A DNA stretch of 64,000 nt from the human T2T-CHM13v2.0 reference genome, Homo sapiens. Below are positions 48,288 through 62,289 of this stretch, piece after piece; the stretch's first letter is position 1; each line of letters opens with the position of its first letter. A model generated the notes under the pieces. It saw nothing but the letters and a program-made list of their open reading frames with translations, did no database searches and had not been told where the DNA came from. The translations under genes were made by a program, and so were the position numbers. The stretch is from assembly GCF_009914755.1 (NCBI RefSeq), contig NC_060926.1; one strand, given 5' to 3'.

Positions 48288-49498
48288 TAGTCATGTGTTG
48301 CTTACAGACGGGGGTATGTTCTGAGAAATGTGTCATTAGGTGATTTCATCATTGTGCAAACATCATAGAGCATTCTCACACATATCTAGATGGTACAGCC
48401 TACTGCACACTTGGGCTAAATGGTGTAGTCTGTTGCTCCTAGACTACAAACCTGTGCACCGTGGTACTGTGCTGAATACTCCAGGCAACTGTAACATAAT
48501 GCTGAATATTTTTCTACCTAAATATATACACATATGGAAAAGGTATAGTAAAAATATTACATAAAAGAAAAGACATGTTACACCCATACAGGGCACTGCA
48601 GGACTAGGAGCTACTCTGGGTGAGTCAGTGAGTGAGTGGTGAGTGAATGTGAAGGCCTAGGACATTACTGCACACCGCTAGAGACTTTATAAACACTGTG
48701 CCTTAGGCTACCCGAAATTTATGAAACAAAAACCTTTTTCCTAGTAATAAGTTAACCTTAGCTTACAGTAACATTTTTACTTTATAAGCTAATTTTTTAA
48801 ATTTTTGAATTCTTTTCTAACAATATTTAGCTTTAGCTTCAAACACACATTGTACAGCTGTACAAAAGTATTTTCTTGTTTATATTTTTATTCTGTAAGT
48901 TTTTTTTCTATTTTTAAATTTTTGATTTTGATGTTTTACTTTTTAAAACTTTTTGTTAAACACTAAGTCGCAAAAGCACACATTAGCCTAGGCCTACACA
49001 GAGTCAGGGTCATCAATATCACTGTCTTCCACCTCCACATCCTGTCCCATGGAAGGACTCTAGGGGCAATAACACACACGAAGCTCTTGTCTCCTGTGAC
49101 GGCAGTGTCTTCTTCTGGAATCTTCCTGAAGGACCCGCCTGAGGTTGTTTTACAGGTAACTTTTTTTTTTTTTTAATTAGGAGTACATGCTAAAATAATG
49201 ATAAAAAGGATAGTACACTAAATATATAAACCAGGCCCATAGTTGTTTATTGTCATTATCAAGGATTATATACTGTACATAATTGCATGTGCTGGACTTT
49301 CATATGACTGGCAGTACAGTAGGGTTGTTTACACGAGTATCACCACAATCACATGAGTAATTCATTGCACTAAGATGGTACGGTGGCTACAATGTCACTA
49401 GGTGATAGGAATTTTTCAGGTCCGTTATAATCTTTTGGGACCACTGTCATATTTGAGGTTCATAGTTGACCAAAATGTCATTACATGGTGCACAACTG
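48288..49498 (+). mobile_element. Tigger3/GOLEM non-autonomous DNA transposon (about 1.2 kb)
   Basis: Starts agtcatgtgttgcttacagacgggggtatgttctgagaaatg and ends ggtgcacaactg; TA on both flanks. Confidence 0.85.
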
Positions 49499-51985
49499 TA
49501 TTGATGACGGAAGGGGGAGGGCTTAGAGACTTCCATGTGGCCTTCCCCACTGTGATAGCTCTTACCTCACATGGCAAGGAGTTGGTGTGTGGTTTCTGCC
49601 AACTGTCACATGTATCCCTCCCAATTAACATTTAGAAAACAGGGGAAATGACCGCTGGCTGGGTCATGGACCCACTGGACCCACTGTAACCCAGATCTGA
49701 GCCAGGGCTTCATTCATTACTCAGTCCTCCTTTAACCCCTCTCTAAAAGGGGGATCATGGGTCTCCCAGTATCTTCTCAGCTTGCACATTGTGTACCAGT
49801 CATAAAGTATTTTGGTATTTTCCTTTCCCCACTGTATGGTTACTCATTTAAAGGGCCCTGTGTCCTTTTCGAAAAGGACTGGAGATATCATTAGTGAAGG
49901 CACTTGCCTTAGGACTGCAGGTTTCTCCAGGGGACATGGTCTCTACTTCAGTCTGTGAGATCTGGGTCTGAATGCTTAGGTCCAGAAGCTGGAAAAGTGA
50001 GTATGACGATTTACTGGGACAGCTTTCCTCAGTCCTCTGATCATCCATTTTTGATTTATGTAGACTGTACAAACTGAACATTAACCTTGTTGCCTACTCA
50101 TCTATACTGTCTGTGTGACATGTTCTACTACCGCCAGAGCTTTTGGACTGCTACAATGACCTTGTATTTTATTAGAAAACTTGTTCCCTTTTGATTCTAA
50201 TATTTAAGTGCGCCATCCAACCTCTCTGATTTTGGGATTTTATCATTCTTATTGCTGTCAGGGAGCCCAGTTCTGTAAGATCATTTCCCACTGTTAGCCC
50301 TGGCCTATAGAACGCAGCCATTTCTGAGATTCTCAGGGATGCAGTTGTACCTCTAACCATTGCATTTTTTACTGCTTTGGTAAACGCTTTTCCCCATGCT
50401 GCCCACAGAACATAGTCAGCAAGTTGGTTTTCTGGCATTGCATAGTACATTCCTTCTACCACATTCCTTTCTCTGAGCTTTTGATCATCTATTTTATTGT
50501 CTTCCATGGGCTTTCTTCCATGTTGACCTTATATACATGGACCATTGCTTTCTTCAAGGTTCCAAAATCTATTCAAGCATGACTGGGTCTTTGCCAGGGT
50601 GTTAAAGTTTGTAACATGGGAGAGTACTTCTATATCAATAAACTTTCTTTTATATACCACTTTCCCACCTCCCTTGATCCAGTGCCTTCAAGATGTAGTC
50701 TCATCTATCAGATCCTGCTGGTACATGTTGGCTAGGTCCTGTGGCTTCTTTAGGGAATAGTTCTTTTCTCTCCTAGCAAGCCTATTACCTTCCTGACAAA
50801 TTTATGATATGACTTAATCCTAGTTATTTGTGTGTGTCAAGGAGGGGATATGGAGTAGGCATTTAAAGAGGTGTGTATTATCTTGTAAGGGCAAGGACCT
50901 TCCCCCTTGCTTTTCATCATCTTCAATCAAGGTGGGGAAGGGGGGCTACCCTGTAACAGTAAAGAGTAGACTGTGTTAGCAGGTGCAGAGATTTCACAGG
51001 GATCTGGCATTTAAGATTTCAAGTGCATTAGCTCAGATATTCCCATCCCATGTCTCAGGGTCCTGTGCCTTTCCAAGAGCCCTGACTTTGGCAGCAGAAG
51101 ACTTGATGAGCTTTAGGATTCAACCTCCTCTGAAGCTCTGTTACTCTCTTATAAGCAGGTCCTGGGTTTTGATCCGAAGCTTTTTCTTCAGCAGATGAGG
51201 GGAACTCTATATCATGCCAATGAAGCTCTCCAACTCTTAGATTAAGCTCCCCAACCCTCAGATTGTAACTATTTTCCTTCAGTGTATTGATTGCACCCAA
51301 AAATAGATACCTGATTCCATAGTTCTTAGAATTTCTGCTTTCCTGAAATTTTTCAAGCACTGAGATAATTCTCACCCTAGTGCATTCCTTTCCATTGGTA
51401 TCCAATTGCAATTCACTACTGGGAAAAGCTTTAGCAATTTCACTGCTACAGGATGCCTGTGGCTATGCATGCTCCATTTACCATCCGTGATAGGATTCTC
51501 ATAACCAGTTGATCAGGGATCATCCACGTCCCCACTTTATACTCTATTTAGAGACCCCCATTTTAGAGTCTGCTTCCTCAGACTACTCCTGGTACAAAGT
51601 CTTACACTGAGCTCCCCCAGGAAGCAGACACAGAGGCGGACATTTATTTGCATGCAGGTGTTTATTAGAGAGTGTTCATGGGAACAATATCTGTAGGCAA
51701 ATGAAGGAAGGAGAGGTGGGCAGGGGAAAGAAGTGACCTGCAGGGCAGATCTTACAGGGAGCTCTAGAGCTGAGATGACCCTTCAGATTTGCCCCAACTG
51801 AAGGCAAGGTGGTCAAGCTCTACAGCCCTGCATTGACCAGTCATCAGAGGTTGGCTGTTCCTAGGGAGGGGGTGTGGCCCTGGGTGAAGCTGCTGTCTTC
51901 AGCTGAGGGTACCTTCTGGGGAACCACTCAGTTGACAGACATTAGCCCCAACATTCCTGGCAACTGTGGAGAAGGGGTGCTCAGC

Positions 51986-52150
51986 CCCAAAGGAGGACCT
52001 AGGTAGCACAGCACAGCACCCAAAGGAGGACCTAGGTAGCACAGCACAGCACCCAAAGGAGGACCTAGGTAGCACAGCACAGCACCCAAAGGAGGACCTA
52101 GGTAGCACAGCACAGCACCCAAAGGAGGACCTAGGTAGCATAGCCCAACA
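51986..52150. repeat. 33-bp VNTR, four perfect copies plus one diverged copy
   Basis: Unit cccaaaggaggacctaggtagcacagcacagca. Confidence 0.97.
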
Positions 52151-53660
52151 TCCACTAAAAGATTTTTAAACTGGGAAATTAACATGATCAAATTCTTTCA
52201 TTAGAAAGTCATCTTGTCAGAATTTTAAAAAGATTGGAAAAGTTCATGACAAGTTTGAAGTGCTATAATGTTGCTATATTTATATATTTATATTTGTACA
52301 TGAAGGACAGTGTATTCCTACTGGGAGGAACTCAAAGTTAGGAATTACAAGAGAAATATAGAAAAATGTAGTCTATATGTGACAGTAATTCCACCAGGGC
52401 ATTTCCACTTCAAGTCCTTATAACTCTTACTATGATTCCATGGTTAGTTAATTTCTCATTCACTAAAGCATTTTCACCAGTGTCACTATACAAGCCAAAG
52501 CAACGGGAAAGTGAATCACAAGTTAAACAGATAATAACAGGTTAAACAACTGGAAATTCTTTTGTAATTTGCATGAGCATCAGGGTATGGAAAAAGTTAC
52601 AGTGGATGCAATAATAATGAGAAATAGATCTAAAGCTATTGGGTCAAATAGGGCAATAGACATTGTGAGCATTAAGTCACTGTTCAACCTCTAGCCTTGG
52701 TTGAAAGTAAGGGTAGAGGAGAAGGAAGAGAAGCGAAAATAGAAAAGGAAGCACGCAGTTAAAAAAAAATTGCTATTCTTTCTGCTTTACAGGGGTAATG
52801 TCTAAATATATTCTTTGCAAGAAGTTTAGGAAATACAGAGATTTAAAAATAAAAGTTTCTAATCTTATCACCAAAAAAATTGCTAAAATTTCCATTATTT
52901 TTATGAGTATTTTAAATATAGTTTGTTACATAATGTATTATAAGTTTGTAGCTTGCTTCACTTAATATTTTACCTTATATCAAAAAAATTTGTCATTAAA
53001 TCTAATTATTTGAAAACTCCTAGTTTCATTGCACTACTCCATCATATGAATATGCCATATCCCCTTTTTGTTGGACATTGAGGCTGTTTTCCAGGGATTT
53101 TTTTTTAACTATTAAAATTGATGCTGAGAAGAATTTTTTTTTATAGAAAATTTTCAATGTAGCCCTTGTTAGTTTCCTAAGAAAAATTTCTAAAATCAGG
53201 AATCTTGGGTCAAATTATACAACTTTTAAAAATGCCCTTGATGACATCACCAAATTGTTTCCAGAAATGTGGTTCCACTTTTTGCTGACATGAGCAATGT
53301 GTGGTGTGTGTGCTCCTCTCAAAATGCAGTCCTGTCTTAACATTCTGCCAGTATGATCGACATAAATGTGATCTTGTTGCTGTCTTGTTTTGTATTATTT
53401 TAGTTACTAGGCTGACTCTTAGGCACTTGAGCATGCTTGGAAGCCCTCTTCCCAGAGCCACACCTGAAAGGCAGGTTGGTGCCCACACACCCCTCATCTG
53501 AGTCTCAGTTTCTGATGAGCATTTGGCTTGAACAGTTCTAGATGCAGCAAGACAGGCTGCCACTCTGACATGACAGGCCACCAAACACGGAGTGGCAGGC
53601 CACTAAACACTGGACTTCCCAGGGGTCTATGCAAAAAGATCTCATGTTTAGGAACTGTGC

Positions 53661-54070
53661 TGTTAGGCGGTAAAATGTGTTCCCTCTGCTCCCCAGGTTC
53701 ATTCATTGGATCCCTAACCCCAGGACCTCAGAAAGTGACTTTATTTGGACCTACTGTATTTGTAGAGGTAATCAAGTTAAAATTAGTTCATTAGATTGGG
53801 CCTTAATCCACTATGACAAATAGTTCTTATAAAAAGGGGAAATGTGGACACTGAGACATGCGTGGAGGGAAGAAGATATGAGGGACACAGGGAGGAAATG
53901 GCCATCTCCAAGCCAAGGGGAGAGGCCTGGAACAAATGCTTCCTTGCAGCCCTCAGAAGGAACCAACCCTTTCCTACTTCCAGCCTCCAGAACTGTGAGC
54001 CAATAAATCTCGGTGGTTTAAGCCCCCGGTCTGCGGTACTTTGTTATGGCAGCCCTAGCAAATGAGTACA
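53661..54070 (+). mobile_element. MLT1B-like MaLR solo LTR
   Basis: ccctaaccccaggacctcagaaagtgactttatttgga..cagccctcagaaggaaccaaccc..tttgttatggcagccctagcaaatgagtaca. Confidence 0.85.
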
Positions 54071-55871
54071 TACACATTCCAGAATCTGAGGAGGCCCATC
54101 AATAGCTGTTTTCTGGAAGGCTGAAGAACACTGTATTGCTGCGTGCAACCCCTTCTCCCTAGCCACACTGTGCATCCCCATTTTGCTGGGCAGCTGACAG
54201 CCTGCCCCTGGAAGTGCAGAACAAGGCCTTGGAGCTCCGTGAAGCTCTTGGACTGGGAGATCATGGGTCGTCAGGCCTCAGGGAAGTCATCAGAGCCCCA
54301 CATGCAGGAAGTTCTTGGGAGACACAGGAAAAAAACAAAAACAAACAAAACCCACATAGCTTAGAGAGTGCAGCTTCTGAGACCTGAAGAAGAAAGTGAG
54401 TTTTGAGCTTCTTTTTTCAGTTTAAGCACCTGAGGCTGTTTTTCCTGCTCCTGGGTTCTCTGAGCTACACCTACTACTCCTTTACCTGGGCCAGTTTCAG
54501 CAGGTTTCTTTGCCTGGTGAGCAGACAACCCTAGATTAAGACAGCTTCAGATTCTGAGTCTGTGAGGATGGGACTGGGTGTCAGGGGTGGGGTAAAGGGC
54601 TGTAGGGTTGGTGCGGGGGCACCATGGACAGATGGTGACTGTGGCATCAGAGTGTGGATGGGCTACACCTTTGGGCTCTGTGTTCAGTGACTTTGGCGAA
54701 TCTGGAAATTTTCCCAGATTCTTCCAATCACACTGTTAGTCTTAGATCTTGGGAGGTAGTACAAGAGTTAGGCTTTTTCTGTATTCTTCAACATTTTCAT
54801 GGTAAGAAGGGAGAGGCTATATCTAGAATTGCTTTTGGAAGCCATTTTAAGAGGATGCCTCAGGCTCAGACTTGAAACAGAAAAGCCTGTTCACAAAAAG
54901 CACACAATCACCTTTTCCTTTTATTTTGCAATGATTAAGAGAGGATTTGAAAACCCGCCCTGCTTTTCATAGATCTTTATTTTAAAAGTATTGTGAATGG
55001 CTAAAAATACTATCCCTAATCATATCATAATCATAACATCGCAGCCACATAAAAGCATGCCACAGATAAGTATATAAAGAATCTGTTCACATGCATGTAT
55101 ACAGATATAATTGCTCATATCCACCCTGATTTCACTGTCACTTAGATTCCTCCCTCTTCTTTATCACTTAATCTCTCTGCCTCCAAACATGATTAAAACA
55201 TAAAAGAAAGTCATTGTCCTCAAATACATTACAGGCTTGTTGGAATTTTTTTCAGGAGAATAGAGAGAGGAGAAAGATAGGCAAACAAGTAACTGCGATG
55301 CAGTGTTTTATGTGTTGTAATAAAAATATATATAAAGACACGTAGAGTCCAGAGCAGCTGTGTCTGCGTCTGGGATTGCTGGGAAGTCTTCCAAGGAAAG
55401 TAACCCTTAGCCTGCATCTAGAAGAATGAGAAAATTTTTCAGGCAGAACATGGGAAAAAGTTGTTCCAAACAAAAAGTCTGATGGCAAAGTCACAGAGCC
55501 TATCCAGGGTGCTGAGAAGGGAGACTGGGACCCAGGAGCCAGCTGGTGATAATGGGGGTGCGTGGAATGATGTGGGATACATTTCAAGGCTCCTTTGAGA
55601 TCTGGAATCCTATGAGTCCATGTCCAAGGAACCATAAAGATTGGCTGTCACTGAGTTGTATATAACTAAATTGCCCATTGGCGGAGGGAAAGTAATAATT
55701 TGTTCTAGATAAATAAGAATGATCATATAAGCTATTTCATTAAATTGTATCATGTGGCCAAAAAAGACTGACCACACAGAGCTGTGGGCTGGTGAAATAT
55801 TAATATTTTATTTATTTGCAAGACCTAACTAGAGAGTCTAGCTAGGTGGTTGGAGGGACACTGTTTTCTCT

Positions 55872-56134
55872 ATTTTTTTTTTTTTTTTTGAGATGGAGTC
55901 TCACTCTGTTGCCCAGGCTGGAGTGCCACTGCCAGCTCTGCCTCCTGGGTTCACGCCATTCTCCTGCCTCAGCCTCCTGAGTAGCTGGGACTACAGGCGC
56001 CCACCACCACGCCCGGCTGATTTTTTGTTTTTGTATTTTTAGTAGAGACGGAGTTTCACCATGTTGGCCAGGATGGTCTCGATCTCCTGACCTCGTGATC
56101 CGCCCATCTCGGCCTCCCAAAGTGCTGGGATTAC
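55872..56134 (-). mobile_element. AluY/AluSc8-like element, 5'-truncated, with a small internal deletion
   Basis: Perfect 15-bp TSD gacactgttttctct at 55857-55871 and 56135-56149; retains several CpGs. Confidence 0.93.
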
Positions 56135-57957
56135 GACACTGTTTTCTCTTAAGTGCACATCCATTTGTGACTAAAAGTACATAAAATCCTATAGACAATG
56201 ACAGGTCCCCTATAAGCATCACTTGCACCTGCTGGGACTTTGCCCCATCCGCGACTTGGCTCTCGCTCCTAAGTGCAGATCATAAGCAGCCATGGTCATG
56301 GGAGCTCCGGTCTCCTCGTTCAGCTGCGGACTTCTCTTTATTACCTGGCGAGGCCTCCGGTTGTGGGAGGACACAGCACTCGTGTTGGTAGAAATGCTAG
56401 CTCAGGGTTTTAGTGATGCTTCTTAGATTCCACTCATTTCTGAAGTCTGCATGTGGCAGAGCTGAGTCTTCTGAAGGCATGAACACAATCTCAAGTGCAT
56501 GTGAGCCAAATTGGTTTTCCCTGCTGTTTCCCAGCGAAAAACGCTGGTGCTGGTGGTGGCATATGGGGAAGTTGACTACTGTAGGGCACTAGACAGGTGG
56601 ATGAGAATAGGTAGAAATATTCCACTGCAAATCTTCTCTGGCTTGTATTTTATAGAGTAAAAAAGAGCTCAAGAGACAAGACTAGTAGGATTTAGATGCC
56701 TTAGTCGACTCCTATTAAAGTACTGAGCCTTACATTATGTTATAAGAGGATATTAAATTGGTCTCTTTCAAAGACTGGAGTTTGAGGTAAAGACAAGAAA
56801 TGGTCTATCTTGGATTTAAATTATTTAAAAAAATAAGGTATAATTCATTTTATGCGTCCTCATTCATCTTCTTCTCTCACATCCTACGTGAGAGAAAAGC
56901 ACCAGCTTAAAGAAGAAAATTGCTCCTTAACCTCCCTCCAGCCACCATGCCATCTGCCCCTTTGGGAGTCATTCAATGTAGAGGAAAAATGCCAAGTGGA
57001 AAGTGAGAGCAAGGCATCGCAATTCTAGTTTTGCCTCTGGGATGGGCATTTAGCTTGTTCGGGGCATCGGTCATCTCAACTCAGCAGTGAGGGAGCTGGG
57101 CCTTGGGAGTTGGAAGCATCAGTGACAAAAATTTCTTTTTGATTTACTTTGGAAAATAAGGAAAAACTGGCTAAGGGTGAGTAAATGACAGAAAATGGGA
57201 CTGTGATCACGTTACCTTAGAAACTATAGAAGCAAAGAGAGGAGGGGCAGAATCAACTACAAACTCATAACTTAAAGAAAATAAAGGTTTCCAAATGTTC
57301 AGAGAAAAGCTAAAAGGCACTGCACTGTGAAGGAAAGAGGGCTCAAGAGGGATGGTGGCTCTCAAGAACAGGGCTCTTACCGTGCAATTACATAGCAGCC
57401 CAGTGAGAAATAGAGGAGGAACAGGCAGAGAAGTGACATCTCAAAAAAATGAGTATGGTTCAAGGGACCTCAAAATATAGCCCCAAGATAGGCAGAGGTG
57501 CCATCATCAAGGATGAAAACATGAATGAATTACCTTTTAAAATGAAGGCTTGATGATTTTACCCCTTCTTAAAATCCCATGCTCTATAGAAAATATTAAC
57601 ACCAAACGTATAAATTAAGATGCTACTGAACATTTTTCTTCAGCCTCCAACTCCAAGACCAGGCCTTAGATGTATCAGGAGACATGGTGTCCCCTAGGTG
57701 TGACACCTATGGAAACTGTTCCTAGGCTACAACACCTTTCGCTTCTTTGATGATGCAGCGCCTACTCATCTTGATTATTTTTTCATTCTCAACAAAGCTT
57801 ACGTTAAGAAGTTGAATATCAGAGGAATAAAAAGAATATAAAAGTACCCATTATCTTTCCCCACACAGACAATGGTTAATAACTTATTTTGTATTTTTCT
57901 AGATTTCTATGTATAACAACAAATCTATTGTTATATTTAAATAAAATGATATTGTTT

Positions 57958-58039
57958 ATATGGTTATGCATGAATATATGTTATGCATGCATATATGTTA
58001 TGCATGCATATAAGGTTATGCATGCATATATGCATATAT
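57958..58039. repeat. About 17-bp imperfect minisatellite rich in ATGCAT
   Basis: Unit approximately atatatgttatgcatgc, 4-5 copies. Confidence 0.85.
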
Positions 58040-58175
58040 CTTTGCAATTTTCTATTTTCATTTATTCTACCTAATATGATATTTTGGGTGTCTTTGCAAA
58101 TCAATACTTACAGCTTTTTTTCATTTATTTTAACAACTGTTATAATTACATGGTATGTGTCATTTAACCAAACTC

Positions 58176-58306
58176 TTTTCTTTTACCTTTTTCTTGTTTT
58201 TCTTTTATTTTAGAGACAGAGTCTCACTATGTCGCCCAAGCTGGTCTTGAAGTCCTGGGCTGTAGTGATCCTCCCAACTCAGCCTCCGGAAGTGCTGGGA
58301 TTACAG
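58176..58306 (-). mobile_element. FLAM-type Alu monomer, 5'-truncated
   Basis: T-rich tail then agagacagagtctcactatgtcgcccaagctgg..gtgctgggattacag. Confidence 0.8.
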
Positions 58307-58729
58307 ATCCTTCCTAATGTCACTTAGTTTGAATTACTTTCTATTATAAACGAAAACATACTTGCACATATATCTTGTACAAATATGAGCTTACTTTTCT
58401 TATTTATTTTCTCATTAATCATATATTCAACAACTGTTAATTAAGCAGTTGTTGTTTATTACAATCTGCTTAAAGCTTAGCTGCACTGGGAAGCCTAAAA
58501 CTCCCAAATCTCCTGGCTAAGGCAAAATTACTCTTGTCCCTCACCTCCCTGTTTGTACATTTTTGTGTCTCTCCATCCTTTTGGACTGTGAATATTTGTA
58601 AAGGAAGTTATCATTGTTCTAATTTTCAAAAAATACAATAAGGGTACATTTTTAAATTAGAGATAAGAAAACTGAGTACTGTTCTTGAAACAAACTCTAT
58701 AACATTTTTAGAGCATTTCAAAGAAAGAG

Positions 58730-59050
58730 AGAAATCTCAATGAGTCAGAATGGATTATGTAAAACAAGGCCATGCCAGATTAACCACATTTTTTAAGAAG
58801 GTTTTTTATATGGCAAATATAGATCAGGGAATGTTATAAATGGAGACTATCCTGGTTTCAATAAAACACTTTTTAAAAACTGACATGCTTATAGCTATAG
58901 AGGAAAAAATGTATTCAACAATACTGTCAATAGGTAAATTTATAATTGGTTGAGCAATTGTGTCTGGATAGTAGAGATTAATAAGTCAACATCAACCTAG
59001 GGGAACCTAGAAATATGCCATAGAATTCTGGCTCTGTCCTACAGAGAGTT
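58730..59050 (+). mobile_element. Ancient CR1/L3 reverse-transcriptase fragment
   Basis: cagaatggattatgtaaaacaaggccatgccagattaac..gatcagggaatg..tatcctggtttcaataaaac parallels the CR1 RT motif QHGF..SCQTNL..DQG..YLDFSKAF. Confidence 0.55.
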
Positions 59051-59349
59051 AAATAGAAAATTTCTTCCTAAAGGCTCATACAACAAGCCAACAACAGAAT
59101 TATACAAATGCTATGTTCTTGGCTTCTTGTAGAGCTTCCATTTGCTGAGCCTGTGGTCCCTGGGATATACTGACATGACATAGCAGAAGGGGATGGATTA
59201 CATAGCTGCTGCATTTTAGGGCACTTTTAATTATTTTTCTTTTCCTCTGAATTAGTTAGATAAAACTAGATGGTGAAAATGCAGATATTTCAATCCTGAA
59301 AAAAAAAATCGCCTGTTATAGCCTGGTGTTTTCTTCTACATTGATTACA

Positions 59350-61580
59350 TTTTTTTTTGCAACTTTTAATGTTGAGATCATTTAAAATTCACATGCAGTT
59401 GTAAGAAATAATACACTGAGAACCTGTATATTTTTCACACAATTTTTCCCAGTGGTAACATGTTATATAACTGTAGTACAATATCAAATCAGAAAATTGG
59501 TATTGATAGGATCAATATCCTTCTTCAGATTTCACTAGTTCTATATGCACTCATTTGTGTATATGTGTATTTAGTTCTATACAATTTTATCCTATCCATA
59601 GATTCATGTGACACCAACATAGTCAACATATGAAACCGTTCCATTGTGAGAATCTCTCACACTACCTTTTGTAGCTATACACACCTGTCCTGCCTCCCCT
59701 TCCCCCTCCCTCTCCTAACCCTTGCCAACCAATAGTCTGTTTTGATTTCTATAATGTTGTCATTTCAAGAACGCTATATAAATAGAATCATATAGTAGTA
59801 TGTTTCCTTTTGAGAATTTTTTTTTCACTCAGCATAATTTCCTTGAGATCCGTCTAGGTTATATGTATCAATAGCTCATTCCTTCCTACTGCTTAATAAT
59901 CATCATGGTATGGATGTATTAGAATTGTTTAACCATTCACCCAGTGAAAGATATTTGAGTTGTTTCCAGTTTTTGGCAATTACTAATAAAGCTGCTATGT
60001 GTATGTTTTTTTTTTTTCTGTTAACCTAAGTTAATATTTCTTTGGGTTAAATGCCTGAGAGAATAATCACTGGGTCTTATGACAAGTACATATTTATCTT
60101 ATAAGAAATTGCCTTCTTCTTTTCCAGAGTGGCTTTATGATTTTATATTTTTGCCAGCAATGTATGGAAGATTCCACTCCTCCATACTCTCATTAGCATT
60201 TGGTGTTTCATTAGTATTATTTTTTAGTTATAGTAGTTGTGAAATTTTGGTTTTAATCTGCATTTTCTTAATAGCTATTGACATTGGAGCATGTTTCCAT
60301 GTGCTTATTTGCTATTGTATATCCTCTTTGACATGTTTGTTCATGTCTTTTGCCCATTTTCTAGTTGCATTGTTTGTTTTTTCATTGTTGAGTTTTGAGG
60401 GTTCTTTACATGTTGTAGATATGAGTTCTTTGTCATCTATGTGGTTTGCAAATATTTTCCCCAGTTTGTTGTATATCTTTTCATCTTGTACAGGGTCTTT
60501 CACAGAGCAAAAATTTTAACTTTTGATAAGGTCGAGTTTATTAATTTTCCCTTTTTACCTTTTATGCTTTCAACAGGTATGGCTTATATTTTCTTAAATA
60601 AAATTTTAATTTTAGAATAGTTTTAGGTTTACAGAAAAGTTTCAAAAACAATACAGAAAGTTCCCATATAGCCCTCATTCAGTTTCTCCCATTTTAACAT
60701 CTTACATTACTATGGTAGATTCATCACAACTAAAAAGCCAATATTGGTACATTACTAGGAATTAAACTCCACACCTATTTGGTTTCAGTAGTTTTTTCGT
60801 AATTTTCTTTTTCTGTTGCAGGACCTAAATCAGGATTCCACATTGGGTTTAGTCACATCAGGTCTTCTTAGCCTTGCCTGGTATGTGGCAGTTTCTCAGA
60901 CTTTCCTGGTTTCTGATGACCTCGACGGTTTTGAGGAGTTGGTCAGATATTTTGTAGACTCTCCTGCAATTTGCATTCATTTCATGTTTTTCCTCTGATT
61001 AGACTGGGGTTGTGGGTGTTTAAGAAAATGACCACAGAGATTAAGTGCCATTCTCATCACCCTGTAACTAAGGTACATGCTGTCAATATCCCTTACCACC
61101 AATGATGCTAATCGTGACCATCTGGCCAAAATAGTGTTTGCCAGTTTTCTGCATTGTAAAGACCCCATCCTCCTTTTTCCATACTTTACTTTTTGAAAGC
61201 AAGTAACTAAACACACCTCTTTGAGGGGGGTGGTATCTACATGAATTATTTGGAATTCTCTCGTATAGGAGATTTGTCTCCCCCCACCTCCACCATTTAT
61301 TTATTTATATCAGTAGATATTCATGGATATCTTCAATCTTGCATTATACTCTAGTATTATGTTGTTTTGTTGCTAAAATTGTTCCAGCATTGGCCATTAG
61401 GAGTTCTTTCAGGGTGACTATTGTGACCTTCTGACATTCTTGTGTCATTGTTGAGCACATCTTGACTTTGACACTTGAAGTTGCTGTAGGCTCATCTTGC
61501 ATGCTCCATGCTACAGTCTTAGAATCAGCCATTTCTCCTGGGAGACCTGGTTCCTTTTATCGCAGGATGATATTAGTAAT
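59350..61580 (-). mobile_element. Two adjacent L1MC/L1MD-type 3' fragments
   Basis: ORF 60312..60503 (KIFANHIDDKELIS..KWAKDMNKH) is L1 ORF2; 60600-61580 is antisense to the same family as 30400-31190. Confidence 0.75.
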
Positions 61581-62289
61581 CAGTCTATGTGTTGGTAATG
61601 CTTTACTTTTTAAATAATAATTACAATGGTTTTCAGCCTAATAGACTATGTGGTGTTCTGTGAAATATGAGCAAAATAAGGTGAAGCCCTTTCCCATAAA
61701 TACCTTCTTAGGTTCTAAAGACTTGTGCACGAAAACTTGCCATTTGTCTTGAGTTTGCTGTAAAGTGCCTAACCTTCCTGTTTTGCTGGGACTGAGAGGG
61801 TTCTATTACAAGGGACTTGCAGCATAAAGCCGAGGGTGATGTCACATCTGATAGTGATGGCTGGAACTGGGCAGCCCTCTTGAGACCATGAAGACTGCCA
61901 ATCTAATGGGAAAAGTAATGTGCTGCAAAGAGCAGAGCAGAAAAATGGAAAGAACTTGGGACTTTGATGACTTCAGTGAGCCGATTCTTGAGTTGTTCTT
62001 CTTTGGAACATTTGTTCGTGTGAGATAACTGTTTATTATTAAGTCACTTTGTTTTTATTGCTTACAATAAAATATAAGGCATTCTGTCAGGACAGATGTA
62101 TGTGTAGAATTAAGACTCAATGTAAGTATGCCCTTTGGGATTCAGAGCTCAGGCATTATTGATATTAAAATTACAGATATTGATACTTGTGGTTTCAACA
62201 TCTTTTTGTGACACAGCTTTTCTTTCAAAAGGAGGTCTTTGGATCAGTGTTTGTAAAAATTAACTCATTGAGTAGTTCAGTCTTCTACC

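Larger units (their letters stand above)
45325..52159 (-). mobile_element. Degenerate ERVL-class provirus (LTR16 / ERV3-16A3-like) with two LTR remnants and nested insertions
   Basis: LTR16-like ends at 45325-45587 and about 51598-52159; ERVL-type PBS-like tgtaccaggagtagtctgag at about 51578-51597; gag-like ORF 50172..50507 (FTKAVKNAMVRGTTASL..RPGLTVG..TELGSL). Confidence 0.7.

Noticed and set aside
51986-52150. 33-bp repeats as a CRISPR array or repeat-protein gene (PKEDLGSTAQH)n
   Set aside because: The units are head-to-tail with no spacers, in a primate context. The ORFs arise only because the unit length is a multiple of 3.
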